From the IMG/VR virus record IMGVR_UViG_3300032007_000017: DNA of 64,000 nt. One strand, given 5' to 3'. The stretch is from a virus (lineage: Duplodnaviria > Caudoviricetes). Position numbers and translations under genes: made by a program. Shown piece after piece: positions 1-10,038 of this stretch. The first letter of the stretch is position 1. Every line of letters starts with the position of its first letter. The notes beneath the pieces are model-generated. The model saw only the letters and a list, made by a program, of their open reading frames with translations, did no database searches and had not been told where the DNA came from.

Positions 1-411
1 ATCAATTCAGAGATGGCGACTCTAGAAATGCATCACGCGCTTATCACATTATTTGATATAGCCTTGATTGTTACAGAGTACTATCTAAATACCATTGGAT
101 ATGTCAGTACATTTGACGTTGTTCAAACTATCAAAGATGAACATAGACTGAATAATATCGCATTAGTGATGCTCTCAGAAACACCACATCAAGTATATCA
201 TGCGAATACTGGTGTATTTGTTATTCATCCCGATATGTTTATCTCTAAAAACTGGCCTAAGTTTATCGAAAAGTATAAGGCTGGTATCACACAAGATATT
301 GCATTCAAGATTATCTATTATATTAAACGTGCTGTGGAAGCTGGTGGAACAGATGACCAGAATCTGCTTGCACTTTCTGAAAAAATAAAAGATTGGAGTA
401 ATCTCTCATGA
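1..411 (+). CDS. hypothetical protein, 5'-truncated
   Basis: Frame is open from base 1; stop overlaps the next start (ATGA). Confidence 0.6.
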   Translation: MNSEMATLEMHHALITLFDIALIVTEYYLNTIGYVSTFDVVQTIKDEHRLNNIALVMLSETPHQVYHANTGVFVIHPDMFISKNWPKFIEKYKAGITQDIAFKIIYYIKRAVEAGGTDDQNLLALSEKIKDWSNLS

Positions 412-914
412 CTGCAACACAAGAGCAGATGGCTAGTTTGAGCCATCTGCAGCTATTTGCCATTGGTGCTTTTATTATAATCTTTGTAGGAATCATTATT
501 GTTTTCCTTCTCTTTTATCGAGAAACGAGAAAGCATAATAATGAGCTAATCAGATTAACCCAATATGCCACTAATGTACAGGCAAATATCGATAGCAGTA
601 TCCCAGATTTACTTGGTAAGATCATCGAAGATTCATTTACGGATTATCAGATTATGGTACTGATACCTAAGAATGATCAATTCATTGACAGTGAACAAGA
701 AAAAGAAATAAGAGATGCTCTTACCAATAAAGTAGCTGATAGAATATCCCCTAATGCTATCGATAAAATCTCATTGTTTTATAACCCCCAGCAATTAGGA
801 TCCATTATTGCTGATAAGATCTATATAACTGTAATGAACTACGTTGTTAGTCATAATGCATTAATTATGGATCAATCAGAGTCTTCATCTACTGCATCTC
901 AGGATGTTGTATAA
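408..914 (+). CDS. membrane-anchored hypothetical protein
   Basis: N-terminal hydrophobic helix LFAIGAFIIIFVGIIIVFLLFY followed by basic residues. Confidence 0.7.
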   Translation: MTATQEQMASLSHLQLFAIGAFIIIFVGIIIVFLLFYRETRKHNNELIRLTQYATNVQANIDSSIPDLLGKIIEDSFTDYQIMVLIPKNDQFIDSEQEKEIRDALTNKVADRISPNAIDKISLFYNPQQLGSIIADKIYITVMNYVVSHNALIMDQSESSSTASQDVV

Positions 915-945
915 AAAAATAAAGGTAGCCTCTTGGCTACCTTTA
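912..945. terminator. bidirectional intrinsic terminator
   Basis: Hairpin ataaaggtagc-ctcttg-gctacctttat between convergent genes. Confidence 0.75.
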
Positions 946-1860
946 TCTTCGTCCACCGTTAATCATCTCAATCAGAATATAGTTACCAAGAGTAGCTATG
1001 ATATTCTGATTATAGGATGGATCAATATATGGAATCATAGAAGGATCTACATACGCTGCTAAAAACCCATCATAAGGCATCTTAGGAAGTTGATAGGGTA
1101 GATTGGCTAAAAAGTCTTTTGTTACACTATTCTTATCAAACCCTATTTTCCATGATTTGAATTTGTTAGTGATATCAAAACATCCAGTCTCGACATCAAA
1201 TCTCCTTAGATAGTTTATGAAACGTATATCACCAGAGCCTAGATTGGCATACCATTGTTTACACTTTTCGTATGCTTCTCTTGAGCCAGCATAAACTCTA
1301 GTATTCATAATATCCATAAGGGCTTGTATAAAGAAGTCCTTATGAAGATTCTGAAAGTCCTGACTCATACCTCTAATTTTATAGAATCCTTGTTCATGGA
1401 CAATGTCATAATCATGATAAAACATGATCTTACGATTGAATCGTACATATGAAGTACTAGTAGATTTCTTACGAAATTTAACATAATCTCCAACTTGTAC
1501 TTCTTCTGGAAGCTTCATGCCACCAGATAATCTTGATATTACAAAGATTGCATCTTTAGCAATATGCAAGATATTCTCGTCTTCTAGTCCTAACTCTCGA
1601 CATAAAATTCCTCTGGCTTCTGATATTACAGCGGATATTATGTTATTGAGTTTAGGATCATTTGCACATTTCAATCCCACTTCAATTTCTCTTCTACGTT
1701 TCTCTAGAGAATAGAAGTAGTCATACTCTTCTTTTGTAATTTGATTTGCTTGCAATAAGGCAGATATATTCGCCTTAGAGATATCATATTCCGTGATGGT
1801 CCGGTCGAAGATGAAATCAACCGGAGCATCATATGATTCATTTCTCCATAACTCAGTCAT
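943..1860 (-). CDS. small divergent DNA polymerase (family B-like palm) protein
   Basis: Motif A-like EYDISKANISAL and motif C-like IAKDAIFV; no exonuclease domain. Confidence 0.45.
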   Translation of the reverse strand: MTELWRNESYDAPVDFIFDRTITEYDISKANISALLQANQITKEEYDYFYSLEKRRREIEVGLKCANDPKLNNIISAVISEARGILCRELGLEDENILHIAKDAIFVISRLSGGMKLPEEVQVGDYVKFRKKSTSTSYVRFNRKIMFYHDYDIVHEQGFYKIRGMSQDFQNLHKDFFIQALMDIMNTRVYAGSREAYEKCKQWYANLGSGDIRFINYLRRFDVETGCFDITNKFKSWKIGFDKNSVTKDFLANLPYQLPKMPYDGFLAAYVDPSMIPYIDPSYNQNIIATLGNYILIEMINGGRR

Positions 1861-2398
1861 CGGGATATTTCACCCCCAACATTGTTTCATATCGAATCAT
1901 GTCATTCGTCATTCTAGCAATTCCCTCTTGAGAGAATTGACTAAAATTGACTGGGAATGAATCTGGCTCATAGATATCATCAAGTGACGTGATATATTTA
2001 ATATCTAAGCCATACATTGCATTGAGAAAGTTTCCTAAAGACTCATAGATTGAACGCTTATACTGATAGTCATCTTGTATCCATATAATATTCAATGCCT
2101 GAGGCCCTATCTGATATTCTATACTCAAGAACCTCATGAGATCCATAAAGGATTCTGGTTTCTCTAGCAATTGCTTCCAATAAAAATAATCAAAATCACT
2201 TTCTGTATCCTGGAGAATGAATTGTTCTGGGACATATTGCTCATCTGGAATTAACCCAGATAGCACTTCACCAACCACTCGTAAACCAAATAGAGTGAAA
2301 TGATTTATCATCATAGGACGAACCATTCCACTCATCATTGATTCTGGAAGTTCTGTAAACAGATCATATCCATCGATTGGTATATAGAAGGCGATCAC
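1853..2398 (-). CDS. hypothetical protein
   Basis: 181-aa ORF, translationally coupled to its neighbours. Confidence 0.75.
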   Translation of the reverse strand: MIAFYIPIDGYDLFTELPESMMSGMVRPMMINHFTLFGLRVVGEVLSGLIPDEQYVPEQFILQDTESDFDYFYWKQLLEKPESFMDLMRFLSIEYQIGPQALNIIWIQDDYQYKRSIYESLGNFLNAMYGLDIKYITSLDDIYEPDSFPVNFSQFSQEGIARMTNDMIRYETMLGVKYPDD

Positions 2399-3093
2399 TT
2401 AGGACCACCTCCGAAGTGTCCACCACTAAACGGAGAATAGTATCTTTGACCATATGCATTAGCAGTCTGGCCATTCATCTCTTTGACGAGTTCTTTGAAA
2501 TATCTATTCCCAGATTCTATATCTCCTGACATAATAGGAGGATGCATCTCGACGATCATTTTATCGACTGTTGTAGGAAGAAAATCCATTCCAATCGGCA
2601 TAAACGATAGTGCTTGCAATGCTTGGATTTCACACTGCATATAGAGTGCATCTATAGCATAAGGGGCTTTATCGATATCAATCGCTCCCTGTCCATTGAG
2701 AGCAAATGTAATACCGATATAAGATTGAAAGAACTGTGGTAAATACTGTAAGATCTTTATATCTGGGAACTCAGATCCAAAGTATAATACCATTGGCTGA
2801 CCTTTCAATATTGATATATAAATCAGTAGACTCATCGACATTGCAGGCCAATAAGCATTCAGATAATTCATATAGTTATTGTAAGCAGAATCAAGCTGAT
2901 TATCCAGCTCTATAGAAACTGCTTCAAATGGCGGCAGAAGTATCGAACACTTAATGATGTTTGGATGCATTGTGATATCAGGTGGGAATTGATCCTCTGT
3001 GCACAGGAGTACTTTATACTCCTGTGCTAGAAGACCACGAAGCACGTTGATATCATTTACAACCATCACCAGATTACGTGGTTGAAGATTCAT
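2395..3093 (-). CDS. hypothetical protein
   Basis: 232-aa ORF with GGAGG RBS. Confidence 0.75.
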   Translation of the reverse strand: MNLQPRNLVMVVNDINVLRGLLAQEYKVLLCTEDQFPPDITMHPNIIKCSILLPPFEAVSIELDNQLDSAYNNYMNYLNAYWPAMSMSLLIYISILKGQPMVLYFGSEFPDIKILQYLPQFFQSYIGITFALNGQGAIDIDKAPYAIDALYMQCEIQALQALSFMPIGMDFLPTTVDKMIVEMHPPIMSGDIESGNRYFKELVKEMNGQTANAYGQRYYSPFSGGHFGGGPK

Positions 3094-3095
3094 GA

Positions 3096-4613
3096 TTATC
3101 CTCCATAGGGATTGCTCTGACGGATCTGAACATCATCGCTGATATTCACATCTGTAAAAATTCTCTTTTTCTTAACGACAACGTTGCCGTCTGTCGTCTC
3201 CTCCTGTTTCTGATCATCTGCCCACGGAGACTCAGGGAAAGTACCCGTAGTGGTAGGTGCAGGTTCATCAGGAGAGAGAATCTTATCGACGTTATTGATA
3301 AGATCGAGAGGAATATTAGCAATAGGCTTAGCGATAGGCTTTGTCTCCTCTGCCTTTTCTTCAGTAGTATCCTCACCACTATTAGTATCGGCAGGAGCAT
3401 ACTGAGGAACGTCAGGCTGATTGGATCTGATGGACGAAATGCTAGCGAGCATGCTAGCAGGCACAACAGGCTGACTGGGCTGTGCAGGAACTTCATTCGG
3501 AATATTGTTCATATTCTTCTTGAATTCCTCAAGAGCCTTAGCCTCATCAGTCTTAGGCTGCACCTGATCAGCCTTGGGAATCTCGAGCTTGGCTACTTTA
3601 CCTCCAATATTGAAAGTATGAGTAGAGGTCTCAGTCGCATTCGACGTAACAGCCTTACCACCTTTCGAGAGTCTCACATTCATTGTGGTGGGTCTGAGTT
3701 GCTGAGCAGTCATCCCCGCTTTCTGATCCGGCTTGACAATGATGTCAGAGCTGTAGTTGCTGGCAACAACCTCTTTGCCTCTCATGAGTTTCGCGTTCAT
3801 AGGTCTTTGTCCTCCCTTTCGATTTGTAATTATGATTTGTTCTCTATTGATTGATCGTTTAAGTTCGGCTGCATTATATCTGCGGCCACAACGTGTACAA
3901 TACAAGAAATTGAATCCTGGATCATAGTCTATTTCACCGCAACAAATAGACCCATCATCTAAGTGTTGATGACAGACTAACTTTCCACCATCCAGGTCAA
4001 AGATATATGGATAATCTACAAGAACAGGTCCAAATCCAGGTCTGATACCATAATTCTTAAAGAATGATTCTCCAATATCTTCAAGTACATAGTTTCCGAT
4101 GATCTGGAGAAGCATAATATAAATCTCCAGAGCGTGAGCATTGAATTCATATCGATTAAGAATAGGCACTACTCGCTCAGCAAATCCAATTACACCTGTA
4201 GGTGCTACTTGGATCATCTTTGCACAATATGGCCATATTCTTTTCTGATTTAGATATTCAGCTCCATTATCACTTAGACCAACACGATCTAAAGCCACTT
4301 TTGCTACTATACTTGGAAATTCCAGATGCTTGAAGATGATTCGATTGGTTCCTCCTGCGAAGAACTTGAATCCTCTTGCTTCCATAATCTGAAGCATAGC
4401 AGCTTTCTTTTTGTCGAAGTTTCCTGCTAGTTTATTAGACGTAGCAAGATAGTGTAAATCATTTATATCGTTTGGTGTAATGAAATTCCACCATGGCGGC
4501 ATTACTATCGATTCGAATAGTAAGTCTGCTCTAGAGTTTTGAGGTGTGAATAAAATAGATTTATCCACAACCTCTTTCCCTATTATTCGGTGCGCGACAT
4601 CTCTAAAGTCCAA
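3096..4613 (-). CDS. protein kinase-like protein with Zn-ribbon and disordered tail
   Basis: Gly-loop AGGTNR, VAK lysine, helix-C Glu (NGAE), catalytic loop EDIG..KNYG, VLVDY; followed by a Cys cluster (CC..CTRC). Confidence 0.7.
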   Translation of the reverse strand: MDFRDVAHRIIGKEVVDKSILFTPQNSRADLLFESIVMPPWWNFITPNDINDLHYLATSNKLAGNFDKKKAAMLQIMEARGFKFFAGGTNRIIFKHLEFPSIVAKVALDRVGLSDNGAEYLNQKRIWPYCAKMIQVAPTGVIGFAERVVPILNRYEFNAHALEIYIMLLQIIGNYVLEDIGESFFKNYGIRPGFGPVLVDYPYIFDLDGGKLVCHQHLDDGSICCGEIDYDPGFNFLYCTRCGRRYNAAELKRSINREQIIITNRKGGQRPMNAKLMRGKEVVASNYSSDIIVKPDQKAGMTAQQLRPTTMNVRLSKGGKAVTSNATETSTHTFNIGGKVAKLEIPKADQVQPKTDEAKALEEFKKNMNNIPNEVPAQPSQPVVPASMLASISSIRSNQPDVPQYAPADTNSGEDTTEEKAEETKPIAKPIANIPLDLINNVDKILSPDEPAPTTTGTFPESPWADDQKQEETTDGNVVVKKKRIFTDVNISDDVQIRQSNPYGG

Positions 4614-4644
4614 TCACTCACCTCCTCAGGATAATAATATATAT

Positions 4645-4938
4645 TCACACATTCATTTCCTGAGAGTTGTCCAGTTCAAAATAGCTGATATGACATCTGA
4701 TATATTCCATCGGGAAAACACCAATATCAGTTGTCAGATATCCAACTATATTTCCATTGATCGAACTCGGTTCATTCAATGCAACCGTTACATAGAATCC
4801 ATCATCGGAAACAGTAACAATCTTGCACAGACTGCCAAGAGTCCAGATCTTACAGGCTTCACCAAGGCCAGGGATATTCTTGGTGAAGTCTTTGACTCTT
4901 CCAGTCTTACCAACGTATGTCATGTTGTACCCTTGCAT
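4645..4938 (-). CDS. hypothetical protein
   Basis: 97 aa, AAGGAG RBS. Confidence 0.65.
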   Translation of the reverse strand: MQGYNMTYVGKTGRVKDFTKNIPGLGEACKIWTLGSLCKIVTVSDDGFYVTVALNEPSSINGNIVGYLTTDIGVFPMEYIRCHISYFELDNSQEMNV

Positions 4939-4943
4939 GTTCT

Positions 4944-7115
4944 TTATTCTCCTTCCTTTAAACCACCATTCTCCTGCTCTTCTAGATGCTCTTCCAATAC
5001 ATCAAGCGGAGGAATGTCGTCGTTTGGATCATCATCCTCTTCTCGAGGATAGTTATTATGACTTTCTGCTATAAAGTTTTTCATTGTAGGATCACTGCCT
5101 AGAACTTCTTTACTGAATGCGGCAAACTGTCCCATGTTATTAAACGTAGGACGAATATTACTTTCCTCAGACTCAGAAGATTCTACTCCAAGTACATGCA
5201 TGAACTCATCTGCATTCAGAGGAGTAATTCTAGCAGACTTGGATTTTGCATTGGCTACATTACAGAATCTTACATAGCCATCATAGATCTCTTTGATATA
5301 TTTTCTAGGAATCCTCATAATGGTTCCACTATCGACATCTGACAGATAGGTAGTGTATCCATACATCGGATTCATATCAAGATCTTCTTTGCCATTCGGA
5401 TCTTTACCATAAGACCCTCTAGGCTTTCCTTTTGCTTCTTCATCATCAACTTCATCGTCTACTCTAAAGAGTTTATCTTCGAGTTTGAGTCTAGCATTCG
5501 CCGCAGGAATACCAATTCCCATACCACGACGCATGCAGTTTCTAATGAATTCAGTCTGATTAATCTTATTACGTTGTCTGCGCTTTACAGGATCTGCCTT
5601 ATCCATAGCATCCTGCATATCAAGCAGATACATAAAAGATTCTACGAAGCCATGTTCCATAAATTCTGTCATGCTAGAATGGTCATATTTCCTTTCAGGA
5701 GCTCTAGCATACAACTGAGCTTGAATCATTTGCTTCTGATAGTCTTCATACTCTTTAATCCTCTTAGACTGATTGATTGCTTCCTCAGTCATAGGACTAC
5801 TGGATTTTACTTTCTGAATAAGTCTTCTATGCTCAGTAGGAGTTCTTGCATCACAGTCGACAATAACCTCACTACCACGCATTAGTCTAACTCTCATACG
5901 AGGAACGTTTTCCTCAGAAGAGATTGTCTTATTCTTATTTTTCCGCATCTCATTGGCTTCAACGAACTGTTTGCACCAATGATCTTCAAAATACTGCTGG
6001 AATTCTTCCTCAGACATATCAGCATGAGCTGCTCTGCAAGCTCTTTTTAATACTCTGAAGTCATTGTTATCCATCTCCTGAACAGACTGGAATCCATTTG
6101 CAATCGCATAGTTATACCTAGCTTGCATATATGGAGTCGGAACAGGAGCTGTAGGATTCCACATAGGTCCATTCTGGCCAAGAGTTCTAACTCCAGCCAT
6201 AAACGGATTTGTTGCTACCATATTAGATACAGGCAAACTATTTGCAGGACGAGGTCCAAGATTATTATTGTTTGTCTGCATCTGCTGTTCTACACCAGCA
6301 TAGTTAAGAACAGGTTGAGTGCTTGGTCTCGGATTGAAACGATGGTTCTCCTGAACACCAGGGAACATCAGAATCTCTCTTCGATCAATTAATTGACCAG
6401 GTTGCCATCCCCATTCAGCGGCTTTAGCATTCAATGTCTGCTCATGAATGAACTGAGAGATACCTTGCTTACCACCAAGAGTGACATCATACTCCTGATC
6501 TTCCTTAGGAGCTAATGCTGCATGTGGATCAAATCCTTGATGAAATCCACTCAGCAATCCATCTTCATTATAATCTGTATCAAGAGGAGCACTTGCTCTA
6601 AATCCTTGAGCCCTCTGATAGTCATTCCATTCAATGACTGCATTGTTATATGCATTAGGCATAATACCAATTGCAGGATTGGCTGGATTGTAGTTATAGG
6701 GAACTCCATAATATCCATATCCCATATATGGATTCATCATTCCCATTGTCTGATTAGGAGCAAATGCTGTAGGCTGAAATGCATCACGATACATCGCAGA
6801 CGGATTCATTGCTCCTCCGAATTGTACAGTAGGTATCTGGCTGCTTTGCTTTACAAGATCCATAGGATTCATAGGGGTCCTTTCTGTATCTACTGTAGGA
6901 AGTTCTTGCATAGTCCCAACACTCTGTTGCTGAGACGGAAACGATCCATAATATGATGGAGCGATTCCAAGATATACTTGCTGAGCTAATCCAGGATTAG
7001 TAGAAAGCATATATTGAACGGATACGCTATTCAGATTCAAACCCGTAGTAGCTTTTCCAGCTTTAGAGTTTGCATCTTGCATATCGAATCCGCAAAAGGT
7101 ATAGTTAGAACTCAT
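4944..7115 (-). CDS. hypothetical protein with Q/N/P/M/Y-rich low-complexity N-terminal half
   Basis: 723-aa ORF with GAGG RBS; composition bias. Confidence 0.8.
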   Translation of the reverse strand: MSSNYTFCGFDMQDANSKAGKATTGLNLNSVSVQYMLSTNPGLAQQVYLGIAPSYYGSFPSQQQSVGTMQELPTVDTERTPMNPMDLVKQSSQIPTVQFGGAMNPSAMYRDAFQPTAFAPNQTMGMMNPYMGYGYYGVPYNYNPANPAIGIMPNAYNNAVIEWNDYQRAQGFRASAPLDTDYNEDGLLSGFHQGFDPHAALAPKEDQEYDVTLGGKQGISQFIHEQTLNAKAAEWGWQPGQLIDRREILMFPGVQENHRFNPRPSTQPVLNYAGVEQQMQTNNNNLGPRPANSLPVSNMVATNPFMAGVRTLGQNGPMWNPTAPVPTPYMQARYNYAIANGFQSVQEMDNNDFRVLKRACRAAHADMSEEEFQQYFEDHWCKQFVEANEMRKNKNKTISSEENVPRMRVRLMRGSEVIVDCDARTPTEHRRLIQKVKSSSPMTEEAINQSKRIKEYEDYQKQMIQAQLYARAPERKYDHSSMTEFMEHGFVESFMYLLDMQDAMDKADPVKRRQRNKINQTEFIRNCMRRGMGIGIPAANARLKLEDKLFRVDDEVDDEEAKGKPRGSYGKDPNGKEDLDMNPMYGYTTYLSDVDSGTIMRIPRKYIKEIYDGYVRFCNVANAKSKSARITPLNADEFMHVLGVESSESEESNIRPTFNNMGQFAAFSKEVLGSDPTMKNFIAESHNNYPREEDDDPNDDIPPLDVLEEHLEEQENGGLKEGE

Positions 7116-7527
7116 TATATAAAACCTCTAAGATTTCATTTATATTCTTGTATACCAAACTATCCTCCGCAAGTTTTGAAGTACTGTAACGTTCGATGAT
7201 AGATATTAGTATACTAAAGAACTTATCTCTATCTACCTCAGTAGATCCTTTCTCAATGATTGATCTTATTATTGGTCTGGAGATCTTAACAAAAATCCCT
7301 TCAACCGATTCAACTAATTCAACAGAAGGTAACTTTATCTGAATGATCAAGTATCCAATGATGATATCTAATAATTCATCTTCAGAAATGCTTCCATTCT
7401 TATAAAGTTTAACTACATTAGAAATGAATGACTTGCTATTATTCTTACTGGGGAACTTAATGATATCGCCATTATTATAGGTAACCTCATTAGTTCCTCT
7501 TTTAAGTTTAGCATTCATAGAACTCAT
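7105..7527 (-). CDS. hypothetical protein
   Basis: 140 aa, GAGGTG RBS. Confidence 0.7.
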   Translation of the reverse strand: MSSMNAKLKRGTNEVTYNNGDIIKFPSKNNSKSFISNVVKLYKNGSISEDELLDIIIGYLIIQIKLPSVELVESVEGIFVKISRPIIRSIIEKGSTEVDRDKFFSILISIIERYSTSKLAEDSLVYKNINEILEVLYNEF

Positions 7528-7543
7528 TTATATCACCTCATTA

Positions 7544-8353
7544 TTATGATATATATTTGAACAGCTTATTTCCTCCAGGATATTCCATAGCATGAACCAA
7601 TTCAGCATAACGCCGAATGATCTGCTTTCCCTGAAGTAGAGCAAACCTATAGTGATCATCGACAGTAGGAGGCTCATTCATCACATTGATGTATGGAATG
7701 GGCATCGTCTGTGCGATATTCTCATATTCGGTATTTGCTATAATATCAAAGGTCAAACCATCAATGGTAACCTGTTGATTATGAGTATAACCTCTTAGAA
7801 TATCTCTTGTCTTATGATCCACATAGTTATTGTGAGCAGAGATTCCTTCTGCTGTCAATCCTAAGCGGAAGAGATTAATGCCATTTACCTTCTGGAAGCT
7901 TTTAGCACAATGAACATAGTTTCTTTCGACATGTCCAATCTGATGCCAGAAGTGAACTTCCAGACTATGCATAATGATATGATTGAAAATCAACTTAAAA
8001 TACAACTGATTAGAAACAGGTTCACCACTAGAATTCACTAGCATGAAGTTTCCATTCGAGTTTGCGTTTGCTATCCAATTAAAGATCCATTCTCTGGCTC
8101 CCTTGATACTGATGATGGAATCAGAGAAGATATTAAAAGCACAGGGACCCTGTGCTTTCTCTTTAATGTCAATAGCTGATAGTACTCCAATCAAGATGGC
8201 ACAAATCTCACCAGAGTTATTTGTTCCATTTGGTTGGATGATCGTCTTAAGCTGTGTAAATTGAGAGCCTCTCTCAGTGATTAATGCTCCTGCACATGCT
8301 CCTCGTAAACTCTTATCTACGGATGCGTCACAGAAAATGTCATAGATCTTCAT
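7544..8353 (-). CDS. rnhA: ribonuclease HI
   Basis: FCDAS, TNNSGE, FSDS, HQIGH and NNYVD give the RNase H acidic catalytic set. Confidence 0.85.
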   Translation of the reverse strand: MKIYDIFCDASVDKSLRGACAGALITERGSQFTQLKTIIQPNGTNNSGEICAILIGVLSAIDIKEKAQGPCAFNIFSDSIISIKGAREWIFNWIANANSNGNFMLVNSSGEPVSNQLYFKLIFNHIIMHSLEVHFWHQIGHVERNYVHCAKSFQKVNGINLFRLGLTAEGISAHNNYVDHKTRDILRGYTHNQQVTIDGLTFDIIANTEYENIAQTMPIPYINVMNEPPTVDDHYRFALLQGKQIIRRYAELVHAMEYPGGNKLFKYIS

Positions 8354-8467
8354 AGAACTTAAAAGTCCTCCTTTCTAAAGAAAATAACTTTTCTTATTCA
8401 TATAAATAATATGTATTTACGAAAAAGAATAACCCAGGGCCGAAACCCTGGGTTATTAATTGATTGA

Positions 8468-8974
8468 TTACTTCTCCGAACGGAAGATCTTGATGCCCTT
8501 AGCCTTGAGCTGCTTAAGAGCCTTACCAAGGCCCTTGGCCTTCTTGGTGGCCTTGCCCTTGCGGCCAGCCTTAGCCTCGAGCAGGCAATTCTCAATGATC
8601 TCCTCGGCAACGTCAGCCGGAGCAACGATGACGAGATCATCGGAATTAACCTCATTCTTCTCAGCGATGTCCTCAGCGACTTCGCCAGCATCAGCATCAT
8701 CGCCCTCGGCCTCGCAGATGCGAAGAACGTCACGGATATCGCAGTAGAAACGGCCATCGCCGCTCTCCCACAGATTGCACATTTCCTTGAGCTCCTCGGG
8801 AGCCAGGACAGCATGGTTATCATTCTTATCGCCAGCGGGGACTTCCTCCACGTTCGTGGTCAGAGTATCCTGCAGATCAGCGACAACGTCCTTGACCTCC
8901 TGATCGACCTGCGGATCAAGCAGATCAGCAGAGGCAGCCTCGGACAGAATACGACTAGTTCTACCGTAAAGCAT
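8468..8974 (-). CDS. highly expressed late (probable virion) protein
   Basis: C-ending codon bias, late promoter, LSEA/LLEA sites, acidic body with basic C-terminus. Confidence 0.7.
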   Translation of the reverse strand: MLYGRTSRILSEAASADLLDPQVDQEVKDVVADLQDTLTTNVEEVPAGDKNDNHAVLAPEELKEMCNLWESGDGRFYCDIRDVLRICEAEGDDADAGEVAEDIAEKNEVNSDDLVIVAPADVAEEIIENCLLEAKAGRKGKATKKAKGLGKALKQLKAKGIKIFRSEK

Positions 8975-9053
8975 TACAATTGTCCTCCTTATTATTAATA
9001 ATAAGACTTATTTTGGTAAATTCCGCGGAATAGAGTAGACATACTCTGGAATT

Positions 9054-9065
9054 TACTATTATGTT
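9054..9065 (-). promoter_or_regulatory. late-type phage promoter AACA-N6-TA
   Basis: AACA-taatag-TA, followed by a long leader hairpin at about 9015-9057. Confidence 0.75.
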
Positions 9066-9082
9066 TGCCTTCAAAATAGATA

Positions 9083-9874
9083 TTAATCAACCTGAGAGAA
9101 GGGACAATAATAGTGTTTTTCATCTTCCTTTGGGCTGTCTATTACAATATCCTTCGCGGATCCATTCATGATTTCATTTAATCTATCTTTCATCATACGA
9201 GTTACAGAATCCAATTTAGGAATCTTAAACCCATCTGCATCATAATAGATATAATGACGTTCCAAGATATGTTTATAATCTTCATTCTCCATAGAGAGTG
9301 TATAGTCTTCAATATTCTGGAGAGCAAGCTTGACATCATCAGATATGAAGTCTCCATACTGATCAACAAAACGTCTCCAGTTACCATAGACTATATTATT
9401 AGGAATGAATAGATATTGATTGTGTACCAATTCATGCACTGTTTCAGAAAGAGGAATCAATCCTACATTCATAGCATAATGGTTATACACAATCTCTTTT
9501 GCAACATGCTCAACTTCAAGGGATTCACCGAAATGAATCCTCTTTTGAACCACAGCGGCAGTTATATCATATAAAGATAGTGGCTCATGGTGAATCTCTA
9601 TATGAATTTTGGTAGTTTCAGCATTAGAGACATTCTCATAGAATGAGCAACCATTCATATTGACATAGTCTCTCAGAAAACCTACCATGTGTTGATATTC
9701 AAAGGAACCTCTTACAGTCTTTTCAATATCAAAAAGATATTTTTGAAATTCCTTTTCATCATTTAAATCATAGTCTGGCTCTAAATATGGTTCGAGCTCA
9801 GGCATTGCGATGTGATTAGGCACTTCCTCAGCATAATCTGCAAATCGCTGAAGTTGTTCAGGATCTCGTGCCAT
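9083..9874 (-). CDS. hypothetical protein with HNH-like His motifs
   Basis: IEIHHEP ... LSETVHELVH; late promoter at 9890-9901. Confidence 0.6.
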   Translation of the reverse strand: MARDPEQLQRFADYAEEVPNHIAMPELEPYLEPDYDLNDEKEFQKYLFDIEKTVRGSFEYQHMVGFLRDYVNMNGCSFYENVSNAETTKIHIEIHHEPLSLYDITAAVVQKRIHFGESLEVEHVAKEIVYNHYAMNVGLIPLSETVHELVHNQYLFIPNNIVYGNWRRFVDQYGDFISDDVKLALQNIEDYTLSMENEDYKHILERHYIYYDADGFKIPKLDSVTRMMKDRLNEIMNGSAKDIVIDSPKEDEKHYYCPFSQVD

Positions 9875-9904
9875 CTAATCACCTCCTTTTAATCGTATGT
9901 TCCG

Positions 9905-10016
9905 CAAAGCGTAATTGAGAGCCAATAAGGCTCTCAATTACTATTTTAGAAAAGAGGCTATTTGATGAAACGACAACAACACACACAAACAAGAAAAAAG
10001 ACCCTTGCCAAGGTGT
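9905..10016 (-). ncRNA. candidate anti-RBS sRNA A
   Basis: Promoter AACA-tatatg-TA (10027-10016), no ORF, contains UUUCAUCAAAUAGCCUCUUUUC, ends at hairpin 9911-9941. Confidence 0.55.
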
Positions 10017-10038
10017 ACATATATGTTATAAGATTAGC

